Shown here: positions 9,501-19,265 of the stretch, piece by piece
Layout of the letters: every line of letters begins with the position of its first letter
Position numbering within the stretch: position 1 is the stretch's first letter
NCBI GenBank assembly: GCA_034440375.1
Contig: JAWXBZ010000067.1
Coordinates: 1-51,848, forward strand
Length of the DNA stretch: 51,848 nt
Direction: 5' to 3'
Source: Candidatus Eiseniibacteriota bacterium
GTDB lineage: Bacteria; Eisenbacteria; RBG-16-71-46; JABDJR01; JAWXBZ01
The notes under the pieces: model-generated
The model's input: the letters and a program-made list of their open reading frames with translations, nothing else
The model's database searches: none
Told to the model about the DNA's origin: nothing
Position numbers and translations under genes: made by a program

Positions 9501-10642
9501 CTTGGGACTCCGAGGGCCCCGGCCGAAACGGCGACCGGGATGGATTGCCCGCTGTGCCAGAGCGCCAGGCCTCCGGCGGCGTCGAAGAAGTGGCACCGTG
9601 CCGGGTCAAAGTAGAGTTCAAGCACGGAACCCACCGTCGGCACGCGATCGCCGGCCAGCCGGGCCAGGAGTGCATTGGAACCGGACACCAGGTGGACGAA
9701 GGTTTCGCTCCCCATGGGTTCCACCAGCTTGACCGTGGCGGATAGATTGGCCGAGGCGTCCGCCGGTTTCGTCGGCAACAGATCTTCCGGCCGGATGCCA
9801 AGCTCGAGTTCCTTCCCGACGAGCGGCAGCAGGCTGGCCGAGTGCGCGGCCGGGAGCGCAATGCGGAGGTCGCCCGACTGGAAAGCCAGGCCGCCCGGTT
9901 CCAGGTGTCCCTTCAGAAAATTCATGGCCGGGCTCCCGATGAATCCCGCCACGAAACGGTTGACCGGGCGATGATATAGCTGGAGAGGGGCGTCGAACTG
10001 CTCGATCCGGCCGGCCCGCATGACCACGATCCGATCGGCCATCGTCATCGCTTCCACCTGATCATGCGTGACATAGATCATGGTGGCCGAAAGGCGCTGA
10101 TGAAGCTGGTTGATCTCGGAGCGCATCTGAACGCGGAGCGCCGCATCAAGGTTTGACAGGGGTTCGTCAAAGAGAAACACCTGTGGCTGGCGAACGATGG
10201 CGCGGCCCACCGCCACCCGCTGGCGCTGCCCACCCGAGAGGGCGCGGGGTTTTCGATCGAGATAGGGAACAAGGTCGAGCGTCTCGGCCGCAGCCCTGAC
10301 GCGTCGTTCGATCTCATCTTTCGGGATCTTCCGGAGTTTCAGACCGAAAGCCATGTTGTCGTACACCGACATGTGGGGGTAAAGCGCGTAGGACTGAAAG
10401 ACCATGGCAATGTCCCGATCCTTGGGAGCCACGTCATTGACGACCCGACCGCCGATCTGGATGGTGCCACTGGTGATCACCTCCAGGCCGGCCACCATGC
10501 GCAGGAGCGTGGTCTTCCCGCAGCCGGACGGACCGACCAGGACGACCAGTTCCTCGTTGTTCACCGTGAACGAGGCCGCATCGACCGCCTTGACGCCTCC
10601 CTCGTACACCTTCGAAACACTGTCTATGTCGACGCGAGCCAT
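9497..10642 (-). CDS. Sugar ABC transporter ATP-binding protein (MalK/UgpC/MsmX family)
   Basis: GPSGCGKTT Walker A, VFQSYALYPHM, LSGGQRQR signature, FLFDEPLSNLD, YVTHDQVEAM and a C-terminal TOBE region. Confidence 0.95.
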   Translation of the reverse strand: MARVDIDSVSKVYEGGVKAVDAASFTVNNEELVVLVGPSGCGKTTLLRMVAGLEVITSGTIQIGGRVVNDVAPKDRDIAMVFQSYALYPHMSVYDNMAFGLKLRKIPKDEIERRVRAAAETLDLVPYLDRKPRALSGGQRQRVAVGRAIVRQPQVFLFDEPLSNLDAALRVQMRSEINQLHQRLSATMIYVTHDQVEAMTMADRIVVMRAGRIEQFDAPLQLYHRPVNRFVAGFIGSPAMNFLKGHLEPGGLAFQSGDLRIALPAAHSASLLPLVGKELELGIRPEDLLPTKPADASANLSATVKLVEPMGSETFVHLVSGSNALLARLAGDRVPTVGSVLELYFDPARCHFFDAAGGLALWHSGQSIPVAVSAGALGVPS

Positions 10643-11542
<900 letters not shown>

Positions 11543-11564
11543 GCGCGGGCCGAATCAGTAAACA

Positions 11565-12038
11565 TCACGATTTGAGCTCCAGCATCATGACAATGGCATC
11601 CTCGTGGTTATCCGGATAATAGCGCCGCCGGATGGCGATCGGACGAAATCCGTTGCGCAGGTAGAGGCGCTGGGCGCCCATGTTCGATTCTCGAACTTCC
11701 AGGGTGATGATCCGACCCCCCTGCCGCCGTCCCTCATCGACAAGATGATCCAGCAAGTGCTGTCCGGTTCCCTCCCCCTGACGCTCGGGGTGAACGGCCA
11801 GGTTGCCGAGATGAACCTCGTCTTCGATGAACCAGGCCACAAAGTAACCGAGAACAGGGCCCTCCGGCCAGAGCCTTGCCACGCGCGTCAGGGCGGTTCG
11901 GTTCTCCTCCACCTCGTGGCGGAACGACGCCGCGGACCATGGGTCCGAAAATACAGTCCTCTCGATGGCCAGAACCTCGTGCAGCAGTTCGACTGACATC
12001 GGCACAATGTCCAGCCGCGGGGCCGGGCGCGCACTCAT
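11565..12038 (-). CDS. rimI: Ribosomal protein S18 alanine N-acetyltransferase
   Basis: IERTVFSDPWS, NLAVHPERQGEG, TLEVRESNMGAQRLY..GF..RRRYY..EDAIVM; directly follows tsaB. Confidence 0.9.
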   Translation of the reverse strand: MSARPAPRLDIVPMSVELLHEVLAIERTVFSDPWSAASFRHEVEENRTALTRVARLWPEGPVLGYFVAWFIEDEVHLGNLAVHPERQGEGTGQHLLDHLVDEGRRQGGRIITLEVRESNMGAQRLYLRNGFRPIAIRRRYYPDNHEDAIVMMLELKS

Positions 12039-12838
12039 GATTCGTTCGATTCCGCCGTCGGCAAGGGTAACGCCACCGGCCGCGCCGGTTTCCGGGCATC
12101 GGGGGAACGAATGTAGAGAGGCTCAAGGAGGAGCGGCGCCCCCTCCCGGCCAAACTGGCGCCAGCCGAGTGAGGCCAGCAGCCGGACGGCGTCGGGCGGA
12201 CGAGGCGGCGAGACCGACCGAAGGTCAGACAGGCCGCCGGTACCCCCCGGGCTGGACGCTCCCGATTCAATCAGTTCGGCGGCAATGACCGGAAGACCCT
12301 CGCCGCAGATTACCAGTGGCGCCCCGGGGGTCGCGGCACGGCGCAAGGGCTCGAGCAACGAGGAAACTTCGGATGGCGGCATGAGATCGGGACCGGAGAT
12401 CACCTCGATGTCGATGGCGTCGTGGGGAGCCGATCGCCCTCTCGCGAGGAATACATCCCCCCGCCGGGCATCGAGAACGGCTACCCACCCGCACCCCACG
12501 GACTCCGAAACGAGGCGGGCCCAGGCCATCCGGATCGTCGTGGTCGGCACGCCGACCACCGGGATGCCGCGGGCAAATCCGATCCCCTTGGCCGCGGCGA
12601 GGCCGATCCGAAGTCCCGCGAACGAACCGGGGCCGAGCGCCACCGTCACCAGCTCCAGATCTCCGGGTTGCCAATTGGTGTCCCGCAACAGGGCGTCGAT
12701 GGCAACCAGGATGGTTTCAGCCTGGGAGCCCGCCGGTCCGAGTTCCATGGCCGCGATCGCCGAGTCGCCGCGCGAAAGACCGACACCGCCCAGCGTGGAC
12801 GAGGTGTCGATGGCCAGGATCAGCGGTTCGGATGTCAT
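12035..12838 (-). CDS. tsaB: tRNA threonylcarbamoyladenosine biosynthesis protein TsaB
   Basis: ILAIDTSS, GPGSFAGLRIG, LDARRGDVF, EPLYIR. ATG 12838 overlaps the tsaE stop (ATGA). Confidence 0.92.
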   Translation of the reverse strand: MTSEPLILAIDTSSTLGGVGLSRGDSAIAAMELGPAGSQAETILVAIDALLRDTNWQPGDLELVTVALGPGSFAGLRIGLAAAKGIGFARGIPVVGVPTTTIRMAWARLVSESVGCGWVAVLDARRGDVFLARGRSAPHDAIDIEVISGPDLMPPSEVSSLLEPLRRAATPGAPLVICGEGLPVIAAELIESGASSPGGTGGLSDLRSVSPPRPPDAVRLLASLGWRQFGREGAPLLLEPLYIRSPDARKPARPVALPLPTAESNES

Positions 12839-13371
12839 GCCGTGGTACCGGGCAGGTCGAGGCGATCGACCAGCGCCGCCGGCCCTTCGATCCGGATCCG
12901 GCGTCGGTCCGAATCCGCCGCATCGCCATCCGGCCAGTCGATGGCCACCGCGAGCGTGGTGTCGCCGGGCGGATCGGTCATCCGGTCCGGCCATTCGATG
13001 GCCACCACAGCCGGCCCGGACAGCAGATCGGCCAGCCCCAGTTCGTCCAGATCGTGGCCCGGCCTCAGCCGGTACAGATCGAAGTGGTGAAGCGCGCGAC
13101 GCCCCATGTGACGGTGCTCGAGAACAAACGTCGGGCTCTTGACTGGCGTCATCACGCCAAGCCCCTCGGCCAACCCCTGTACAAGGACAGTCTTGCCGGC
13201 ACCGAGCGGACCGGAGAGCTGGATCAAGAGGCCCCGATTGTCGGAAGAACCGGTCGTCGCAGCCGGTACCAGGGCGGCAATCGCCCGCCCCACGCCCCGC
13301 GTGCCTTCCGGGCCGGTCGTGACAAGGACTCGATGGCTCTGGTGGGGCGCGACCACCGCCACCTCTCTCAC
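12835..13371 (-). CDS. tsaE: tRNA threonylcarbamoyladenosine biosynthesis ATPase TsaE
   Basis: LSGPLGAGKT, VKSPTFVL, HFDLYRL, IEWP. Confidence 0.93.
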   Translation of the reverse strand: MREVAVVAPHQSHRVLVTTGPEGTRGVGRAIAALVPAATTGSSDNRGLLIQLSGPLGAGKTVLVQGLAEGLGVMTPVKSPTFVLEHRHMGRRALHHFDLYRLRPGHDLDELGLADLLSGPAVVAIEWPDRMTDPPGDTTLAVAIDWPDGDAADSDRRRIRIEGPAALVDRLDLPGTTA

Positions 13372-14924
13372 CGCCGCGGCACGAGCGTGGCCACCGGAAG
13401 AATCATTTCCTCGAGCGAGATGCCGCCATGTTGGAATGAGTTCCGGTACTGCCGCTCATACTCGTGAAAATGCGTCGGGTAGACGAAGTAATAGTCCTCC
13501 TTGGCGAAGACATAGTTCTTGTTCAGGTAGTCGTTCGGCAGGTTCAAGTCCATGGGGTTCTTGGCGATCAGCGCCAGCTTCTCGTCGGTGACCAGATTGA
13601 CGCCGTATTTGTATCGCAGGTTGGTCGATGTATCCCGATTTCCGTAGATGAGGGCGGCCCTCTTTCCCATGACGGCCCCGTGATCCGTGGTGATGACCAC
13701 CACCGCATCCTGTGCCGCGATCCCCTTCAGGATGTCGAAGATGGCGGAGTGGGAGAACCAGGAGAAGAGGAGACTTCGGAAGGCGGCCTCATCCGGCACC
13801 AATTCTTGAAGGATGGGCGAGTCGGATCGTCCGTGAGCCAGGATGTCGAGAAAGTTGAAGACCAGCGCCACCAGCGGCAGCCGCGAGTAGGATCCGAGTT
13901 CGCGGCGGACATTGTTGGCTTCGTCCGCGTGATAGACCTTGGAGTACTTGACCGGGCCGTTCAACTTCAGTCGCTTGACCTGCTCCTCGAGCAATTCCTT
14001 CTCGAAACGGTTCTTGCTTCGCTCGTCGTTGGAAGCCTCCTGCCAGTACTTCGGAAACTTGGCCGCGATCTCGGCCGGCCAGAGGCCCGCAAAGATGGCG
14101 TTCCGGCTGTAGGGTGTGGCGGTCGGCAGGATCGAGAGGTAGCAATCGGTCTTGATGTCGAACAGCGGCTCGAGCAGCGGCTGGATGGTGTACCACTGGT
14201 CGAGCCGCATGCAGTCGATGACGATGAGATAGACCCGCTTCCCCTTTTCCATGTGGGGGGCCACGAACTTCTTGACGATGTCCACCGACATCAGCGGGCG
14301 CTCGGCGCCGCCACACCACTCGCGATACGCCCGATCGATCCAGTGGCAGAAATCGGCATTCATTTCCTTGCGCGTGTCCAGGTGCGTCTGCTTCAACCCC
14401 TGATCCTCGACCGTGAAGAGTTCCCGCTCGAGGTGCGTCATCCGAATGTACATCTCGACCCAGTCGTCGATGCCGAGCGGTCCCATGCGGGCCTGCTGAA
14501 GCCGGTTGAATTCCTGCACGTAATCGCGGGTGAACTGCCCCTCCACCAGGCGCTTCCCCTCGGTCAGGCGCTTCAGGGCCAGCCAGATCTGGCTGGGGTT
14601 GACCGGCTTGGTCAGGTAGTCGGCGATTCTCTTTCCGAGCGCTTCGTTCATGAGGCGCTCCTCCTCGCTCTTGGTGATCATGATCACCGAGAGGGAGGGG
14701 TCGATCTCCTTGATGGCCGCGAGCGTCCCAAGTCCGCCCAGGCCCGGCATCATCTCGTCCAGCAGAACCACGTCAAACCGTTCCTGGCCGACGAGGGCCA
14801 CGGCGTCCTCGCCGTTCGGAACCGCGGTAACCACGTACCCCTTCGACTGCAGAAAGAGGATGTGAGGCTTCAGAAGATCGATTTCATCGTCGGCCCACAG
14901 GACGCGGACATTGTTCTCGGGCAT
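13368..14924 (-). CDS. porX: PorX-like response regulator (receiver + PglZ/alkaline-phosphatase domain)
   Basis: VLWADDEIDLLKPHILFL, LLDEMMPG, MITKSEEE, YLTKPVNP, IDCMRLDQW, SILPTATPYSRNAIFAG, TTDHG, STNLRYKYG, FQHGGISLEEMILP; adjacent to tsaE as in Bacteroidota. Confidence 0.88.
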   Translation of the reverse strand: MPENNVRVLWADDEIDLLKPHILFLQSKGYVVTAVPNGEDAVALVGQERFDVVLLDEMMPGLGGLGTLAAIKEIDPSLSVIMITKSEEERLMNEALGKRIADYLTKPVNPSQIWLALKRLTEGKRLVEGQFTRDYVQEFNRLQQARMGPLGIDDWVEMYIRMTHLERELFTVEDQGLKQTHLDTRKEMNADFCHWIDRAYREWCGGAERPLMSVDIVKKFVAPHMEKGKRVYLIVIDCMRLDQWYTIQPLLEPLFDIKTDCYLSILPTATPYSRNAIFAGLWPAEIAAKFPKYWQEASNDERSKNRFEKELLEEQVKRLKLNGPVKYSKVYHADEANNVRRELGSYSRLPLVALVFNFLDILAHGRSDSPILQELVPDEAAFRSLLFSWFSHSAIFDILKGIAAQDAVVVITTDHGAVMGKRAALIYGNRDTSTNLRYKYGVNLVTDEKLALIAKNPMDLNLPNDYLNKNYVFAKEDYYFVYPTHFHEYERQYRNSFQHGGISLEEMILPVATLVPRR

Positions 14925-15128
14925 CAATTACCTCGATTGGGAGTGGAATCGGTCGATCAAGTGTTTCACGCCGGACCGGGGGGACGCAACCGGCCCGGCA
15001 GTTGAAACCTTAAGCCTTCATTCCCCCGGAGTCCCCGACGGCCAAAACGAACGATTCACCGATAACCGGCATCCAATGGGCCGGCAATCGACACCGATGC
15101 ACCATTTTCACCTTGATGGAGGACAGGC

Positions 15129-15728
15129 ATGCGATCCCCCCTTCGTGCCGTTTCAACGGCCATTCTGGCAACCTTTCTCGTGTCATTTTCGCAGAGCGTG
15201 GCGGAAGCCGGCCGTACCGTCGTTCACCGGGGGCGTGGCGGCCGAACGACCGTGGTTCACAAGGGACCTCGCCGAACGGTCGTCGTGCACAAGGGCTTCC
15301 CACTGGCGCGGACCTGGCCAACAGTTGTCATTCGAACGCCGATCCGGCCGGTTCGGGTGCTCACCCCCCGCCTTTACCTCGCCCCGGTGTTCTTCGCGCC
15401 GCTGATCGTGGCCACGGCCCCGAAAAACATCAGCTGGGAGGATACCGAGGTCATCGAGAAGAGGGAGGAGTGGGTCGAAACCACGCTGAACGCGGATGCC
15501 AGGGGATCGCGGCTCTTCCTGAACATCGAGGGACTCGCACAGCTGTCGTTTGCCGAAGTCGTCTTCGACAACGGCGAATCCCAGGTCGTCGACTTCGTCG
15601 ACAAGGACGTCAAGGAAGGACGATATCTCCTCCTCGACTTCAAGAACGGACGCAAGGTGGACCATGTCCGGGTGGTGGGTCGCGCGCGGACCGACGAGGC
15701 CGGACTGACCCTGCTGCTCGAGAAGTAG
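15129..15728 (+). CDS. Hypothetical secreted protein with basic N-terminal repeats
   Basis: GGAGG RBS, signal peptide ending VAEA, natural-looking C-terminal domain, followed by an intrinsic terminator. Confidence 0.75.
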   Translation: MRSPLRAVSTAILATFLVSFSQSVAEAGRTVVHRGRGGRTTVVHKGPRRTVVVHKGFPLARTWPTVVIRTPIRPVRVLTPRLYLAPVFFAPLIVATAPKNISWEDTEVIEKREEWVETTLNADARGSRLFLNIEGLAQLSFAEVVFDNGESQVVDFVDKDVKEGRYLLLDFKNGRKVDHVRVVGRARTDEAGLTLLLEK

Positions 15729-15752
15729 GGCGGCGGGTCAGAGACGATGCAA

Positions 15753-15790
15753 CGAGGGGCCGGCAGCACGCCGGCCCCTCGATTTTTCTT
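15753..15790 (+). terminator. Rho-independent terminator between convergent genes
   Basis: Perfect 12-bp stem CGAGGGGCCGGC-AGCAC-GCCGGCCCCTCG followed by ATTTTTCTT. Confidence 0.8.
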
Positions 15791-15831
15791 CTGGTATTAA
15801 CGTCGACACGATGGTGACGTGCCGGCGTGGA

Positions 15832-18800
15832 TCACCGAACGAACAGCATCCGCTCCGTCCGGCTGAAGGCGCCGGCGGTCAGCCGATAGAAGTAGACACC
15901 CGACGGGAGTGCCTGGACCCGCTCGCCCCCGGTCGTTGGAACTCCGACCCCGAAATCAACGGCGTAGCGCCCGGCCTCCTGCTCCCGATTGACCAGCGTG
16001 GCCACGCGACGGCCGCTCAGGTCGAAGACGTCGAGATTGACGGACGCCCTCTCCGGCAGGTCGTACTCGATGCGCGTCGTTCCGGTGAAGGGATTCGGCC
16101 GATTCTGTCGTAGCGCCGCGACGGCAGGTGCAGGTCGCGCGTCGAATGCACCAGATTGATACAAACCGATGCCGACCAGCGCGATGGAATGAGGTGCGAA
16201 CGGGTCGTTGCTGACCAAGGTCAATGTCCCCGCTTCGTTTTGCAGGCTGTCCGGATCGAAGCAGATGGTCAGCGTATCGGACGAGGCCGGTTGAATTGTC
16301 AGGCTGGACCGAACCGGGCTGAAACGATCGGAATCTGACGTGATCGAGGAGATCACCAGCGGCGCGGACCCGTTGTTGTCCAGCGTGATGACAACGCAGG
16401 ACGGTGTCTCGATGGAGACCACGCCGAAATCAACCGAGTCCGGTTCGTTGGCGAGGAGCGGCGCCGTGATGGCGAACTCCGCATCGGACGTGTCGAGAAT
16501 CGGTCCGCCCGTCTCGCGTACGCGGACGCGGGCCGTCGTGGTTGGCGTGTACGGCACGATCCAGTTGTAGCTGCCGGAAACGGCCGGAACCGCCGTGTCG
16601 ATCGGCAACCAACCGCCGCCGGGAGAGGTTTCGTAGTCGATATCCACGTTCGTGATGGTGGTACTAGACCAGGTGATCGGGTGGTTGGTGTTGTACTCCC
16701 ACGCCTCGCCGCCATCCGGAATCAGGACGGCCACTCCAGGCGCCGCCTGGCCGATGCCGGTCAGCGGCACGCGATGCGGCGAATCGGGTGCATTGCTGGT
16801 GATGATCAGCGTGTCGGGATAGCTCCCCGGGGCGCCGGGCGTGAAGGTGACGCCGACCGTGTCGGTGTCCGCCACCGCCACGGAAAAGCTTGTGCGGCCC
16901 GGGAGATAGGCTCCCGAAGTCGTGGTGACGTTCGAGATAATCAACGGCGCGGTGCCGGTGGATTTGATTTCAACCGGCAGCAGGGTGCTCGTCCCGATGG
17001 TGCGGGTTGCGAAATCGAGTCCCGCGGTCAGCAGTTGCGCCCGCGGGGCGGCAATGGTGAAGAAGCTGTTCGACGAATCGACCGGCGCGCCATCCCATGC
17101 ATCGACGATCCGGATCTTGGCCTGGGTCGTGGCGTCGTTGGGTACGGTCCAGTTGAAGGCGTTGACGTAGCCGGTCTGCGTTCCGATCACCTGCCACGGC
17201 TGTCCGGGCGCCCGACGGTATTCTAGACGGGCCAGTGCCACGTTCGTGGCCGTGGTGCTGATGACCCGGTTCTCTCCGGCGGCCCAGACCTCGCCCCCGT
17301 TCGGAGCCAGGACGAGGCATGACTGGTTGCTGGCGGGCGTGTAGGTATACGAGGTGGCCAGCTTGTAGACGCCGCCTCCCTGTTCGGTCAGAACCGTGTT
17401 CCGGTCGGGCATGAACACGGAGTAGTTCGAGCCCGGATTGGCGATAGTCGTGAAGGTGAGCCCCTCGTCGAACGACAGGTAGAGCAGCCCGCCCGAATAA
17501 ACGCCGTAAGCCATGCAGTTCGGATCGTCCTTGGCCGAATCCACTCCCCACGCGGAACCGGTGGTGGCCACGCTCGGCCAGGACGCGCCGGCGTCCTTGG
17601 TGCGGCGAACCCCCCCCGATCCCCAGTGGGTGGCCCAGCCAACGCCCACGTCGAGTCGTGTGGCGGCAATCATGGGGATTTCCGATCCGCTGGTCGTGTA
17701 GTTGAGGGCAAAGGTGGCGCCACCGTTGGTTGAAACGAACATCTGGCCCTGGCCCGAGCTGGTGATGCCATCGCCCACCCAGATCGTGTTGGGCAGGTCG
17801 GGAAGGATCTGGATGTCACATGGGCTGCGAAAGCTCGGCTGGTTGGAAAGGAGCGTGAAGGTGGCGCCGAAATCGTTGGACTGCCAGAGCTTCGCGTCCT
17901 CCGCCCCCAGTATCAGGTGGTTGGGATCGTTGACATCCATCTCCAATGGCACGCCATACTCGGTGAACGGAATCGTTGTGCCGGGCACGTCCGCCCAGGT
18001 GATGCCCCCGTTGGTGGAGCGAGCAATTCGGTCTGATGCGCCGACAGCGGCCACCATCAACATCGAGTCGGCCGGGTGCACGTAAAAGGCATTGGTCTTG
18101 CTTGGCGAGCCGAGCACGGTCGTGATCGTGCCGATCTGCGCCCAGGTGTCGCCGCGGTTGAACGATTTGTAGACCCGCGCCCCGAGGACGCAGTAGAAAG
18201 AGTTCTTGTTCTGGCCGTTCTGGGCGAGCGAGCTGCCGCGGACGGTTCCGGCCACGAGTGGCTGCACCAGGTTCAAGGCCCGCGAGACACCGGTGCCGCC
18301 GGGCGGACTCCAGTTCACGCCGCCATCGGTGGAACGGAGAACGATCCGATTGCTGCGATTGCAGGCCCAGGCCTTGGTGCCGACGACCAGGACATCGGCC
18401 ATTTCGCCCTGGATGGTGTGCTGATGGAACGACCACGAGGTTCCGCCGTCGATCGAGCTGCGCACGAAACCGCCGCCGCCGACCAGAATCACATGGGTGG
18501 CGGAGAGGAGGTGAACGCCGTTGATATCCGACTTGGAATCGAACTTCATGTTCTGAGCGGTCCAGACCGTGCCGCCATCCGTGCTTTTCAGCGCGGTGGC
18601 GTCCTTGCCGCCCGCCCAGAGGACCGGGTTGACCGCGCCGATGGTCGTGGCATCGACCGTGTAAAGATCCTTCGTCGTGCCGGAAGTCAGGGGTGTCCAG
18701 TTGGACCCGCCATCGATGGTCTTCAGGATGGTGCCACCGTTACCGACGACCCAGCCCGTCTGGTCATCCAGAAATTTCAGCGCATTGAGCCGAACCGCCA

Positions 18801-19251
18801 CGCCGCTGGTTTGCGGGGTCCAGTTGATACCGCCATCGGTGGATTTCAGGATGGTGCCGGATGCACCGACGACCCAGCCGATCGAGGCGTTGACGAGCTG
18901 AACACCGCGAAGTTGCGGGGAGCCGGCAACCGTGGCGGTACTCCACGTGCCGCCCGAGTCAGTGGAGCGATGGATCTTGCCGTTGTCCGAGACGAGCAGG
19001 TCGGTCCAGACATTGGTGGCCACGCCGCGGTGGGTATCCGCGCCGAGAGTCTTGCTGGTCCAGGTCAGGCCACCATCGAACGAGCGATAGTAGGCGCCAC
19101 TTCCCCCGACAGCCCAGACATCAATTCCGTCCGGGCTGTAGAGGGCGTGAAAACCATTCTGAGCCCATGCGGCGGGTGCCGAAAGGAAGAGCCCTCCGAG
19201 TGCAAGACCAACGAGGGCTGGAAAAATTCGACCTGGTAACCAACGCGACAT
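15832..19251 (-). CDS. Secreted YCF48/BNR (Asp-box) beta-propeller protein with Ig-like/ASH domains and a FlgD/T9SS-like C-terminal domain
   Basis: Signal peptide; many S/TxDGGxxW Asp-box repeats; two PNGGE/PDGGE Ig-like modules alternating with ASH-like modules (GTAPLIISNV, GSAPLVISSI); C-terminal QNRPNPF..VFDLSGRRVATL..SGVYFYRL. Confidence 0.85.
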   Translation of the reverse strand: MSRWLPGRIFPALVGLALGGLFLSAPAAWAQNGFHALYSPDGIDVWAVGGSGAYYRSFDGGLTWTSKTLGADTHRGVATNVWTDLLVSDNGKIHRSTDSGGTWSTATVAGSPQLRGVQLVNASIGWVVGASGTILKSTDGGINWTPQTSGVAVRLNALKFLDDQTGWVVGNGGTILKTIDGGSNWTPLTSGTTKDLYTVDATTIGAVNPVLWAGGKDATALKSTDGGTVWTAQNMKFDSKSDINGVHLLSATHVILVGGGGFVRSSIDGGTSWSFHQHTIQGEMADVLVVGTKAWACNRSNRIVLRSTDGGVNWSPPGGTGVSRALNLVQPLVAGTVRGSSLAQNGQNKNSFYCVLGARVYKSFNRGDTWAQIGTITTVLGSPSKTNAFYVHPADSMLMVAAVGASDRIARSTNGGITWADVPGTTIPFTEYGVPLEMDVNDPNHLILGAEDAKLWQSNDFGATFTLLSNQPSFRSPCDIQILPDLPNTIWVGDGITSSGQGQMFVSTNGGATFALNYTTSGSEIPMIAATRLDVGVGWATHWGSGGVRRTKDAGASWPSVATTGSAWGVDSAKDDPNCMAYGVYSGGLLYLSFDEGLTFTTIANPGSNYSVFMPDRNTVLTEQGGGVYKLATSYTYTPASNQSCLVLAPNGGEVWAAGENRVISTTATNVALARLEYRRAPGQPWQVIGTQTGYVNAFNWTVPNDATTQAKIRIVDAWDGAPVDSSNSFFTIAAPRAQLLTAGLDFATRTIGTSTLLPVEIKSTGTAPLIISNVTTTSGAYLPGRTSFSVAVADTDTVGVTFTPGAPGSYPDTLIITSNAPDSPHRVPLTGIGQAAPGVAVLIPDGGEAWEYNTNHPITWSSTTITNVDIDYETSPGGGWLPIDTAVPAVSGSYNWIVPYTPTTTARVRVRETGGPILDTSDAEFAITAPLLANEPDSVDFGVVSIETPSCVVITLDNNGSAPLVISSITSDSDRFSPVRSSLTIQPASSDTLTICFDPDSLQNEAGTLTLVSNDPFAPHSIALVGIGLYQSGAFDARPAPAVAALRQNRPNPFTGTTRIEYDLPERASVNLDVFDLSGRRVATLVNREQEAGRYAVDFGVGVPTTGGERVQALPSGVYFYRLTAGAFSRTERMLFVR

Positions 19252-19265
19252 GTGACCCCCGGACG

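Noticed and set aside
13464-15005. 513-aa plus-strand ORF and similar long antisense ORFs (e.g. 8310..9614, 10373..11575, 18076..19239, 48179..49447)
   Set aside because: Shadow ORFs opposite well-supported genes, expected in high-GC DNA, with no recognisable motifs.
15113-15817. Alternative 234-aa plus-strand ORF
   Set aside because: Arg/Gly-rich off-frame translation that runs through the terminator. The 15129 frame has the RBS and signal peptide.
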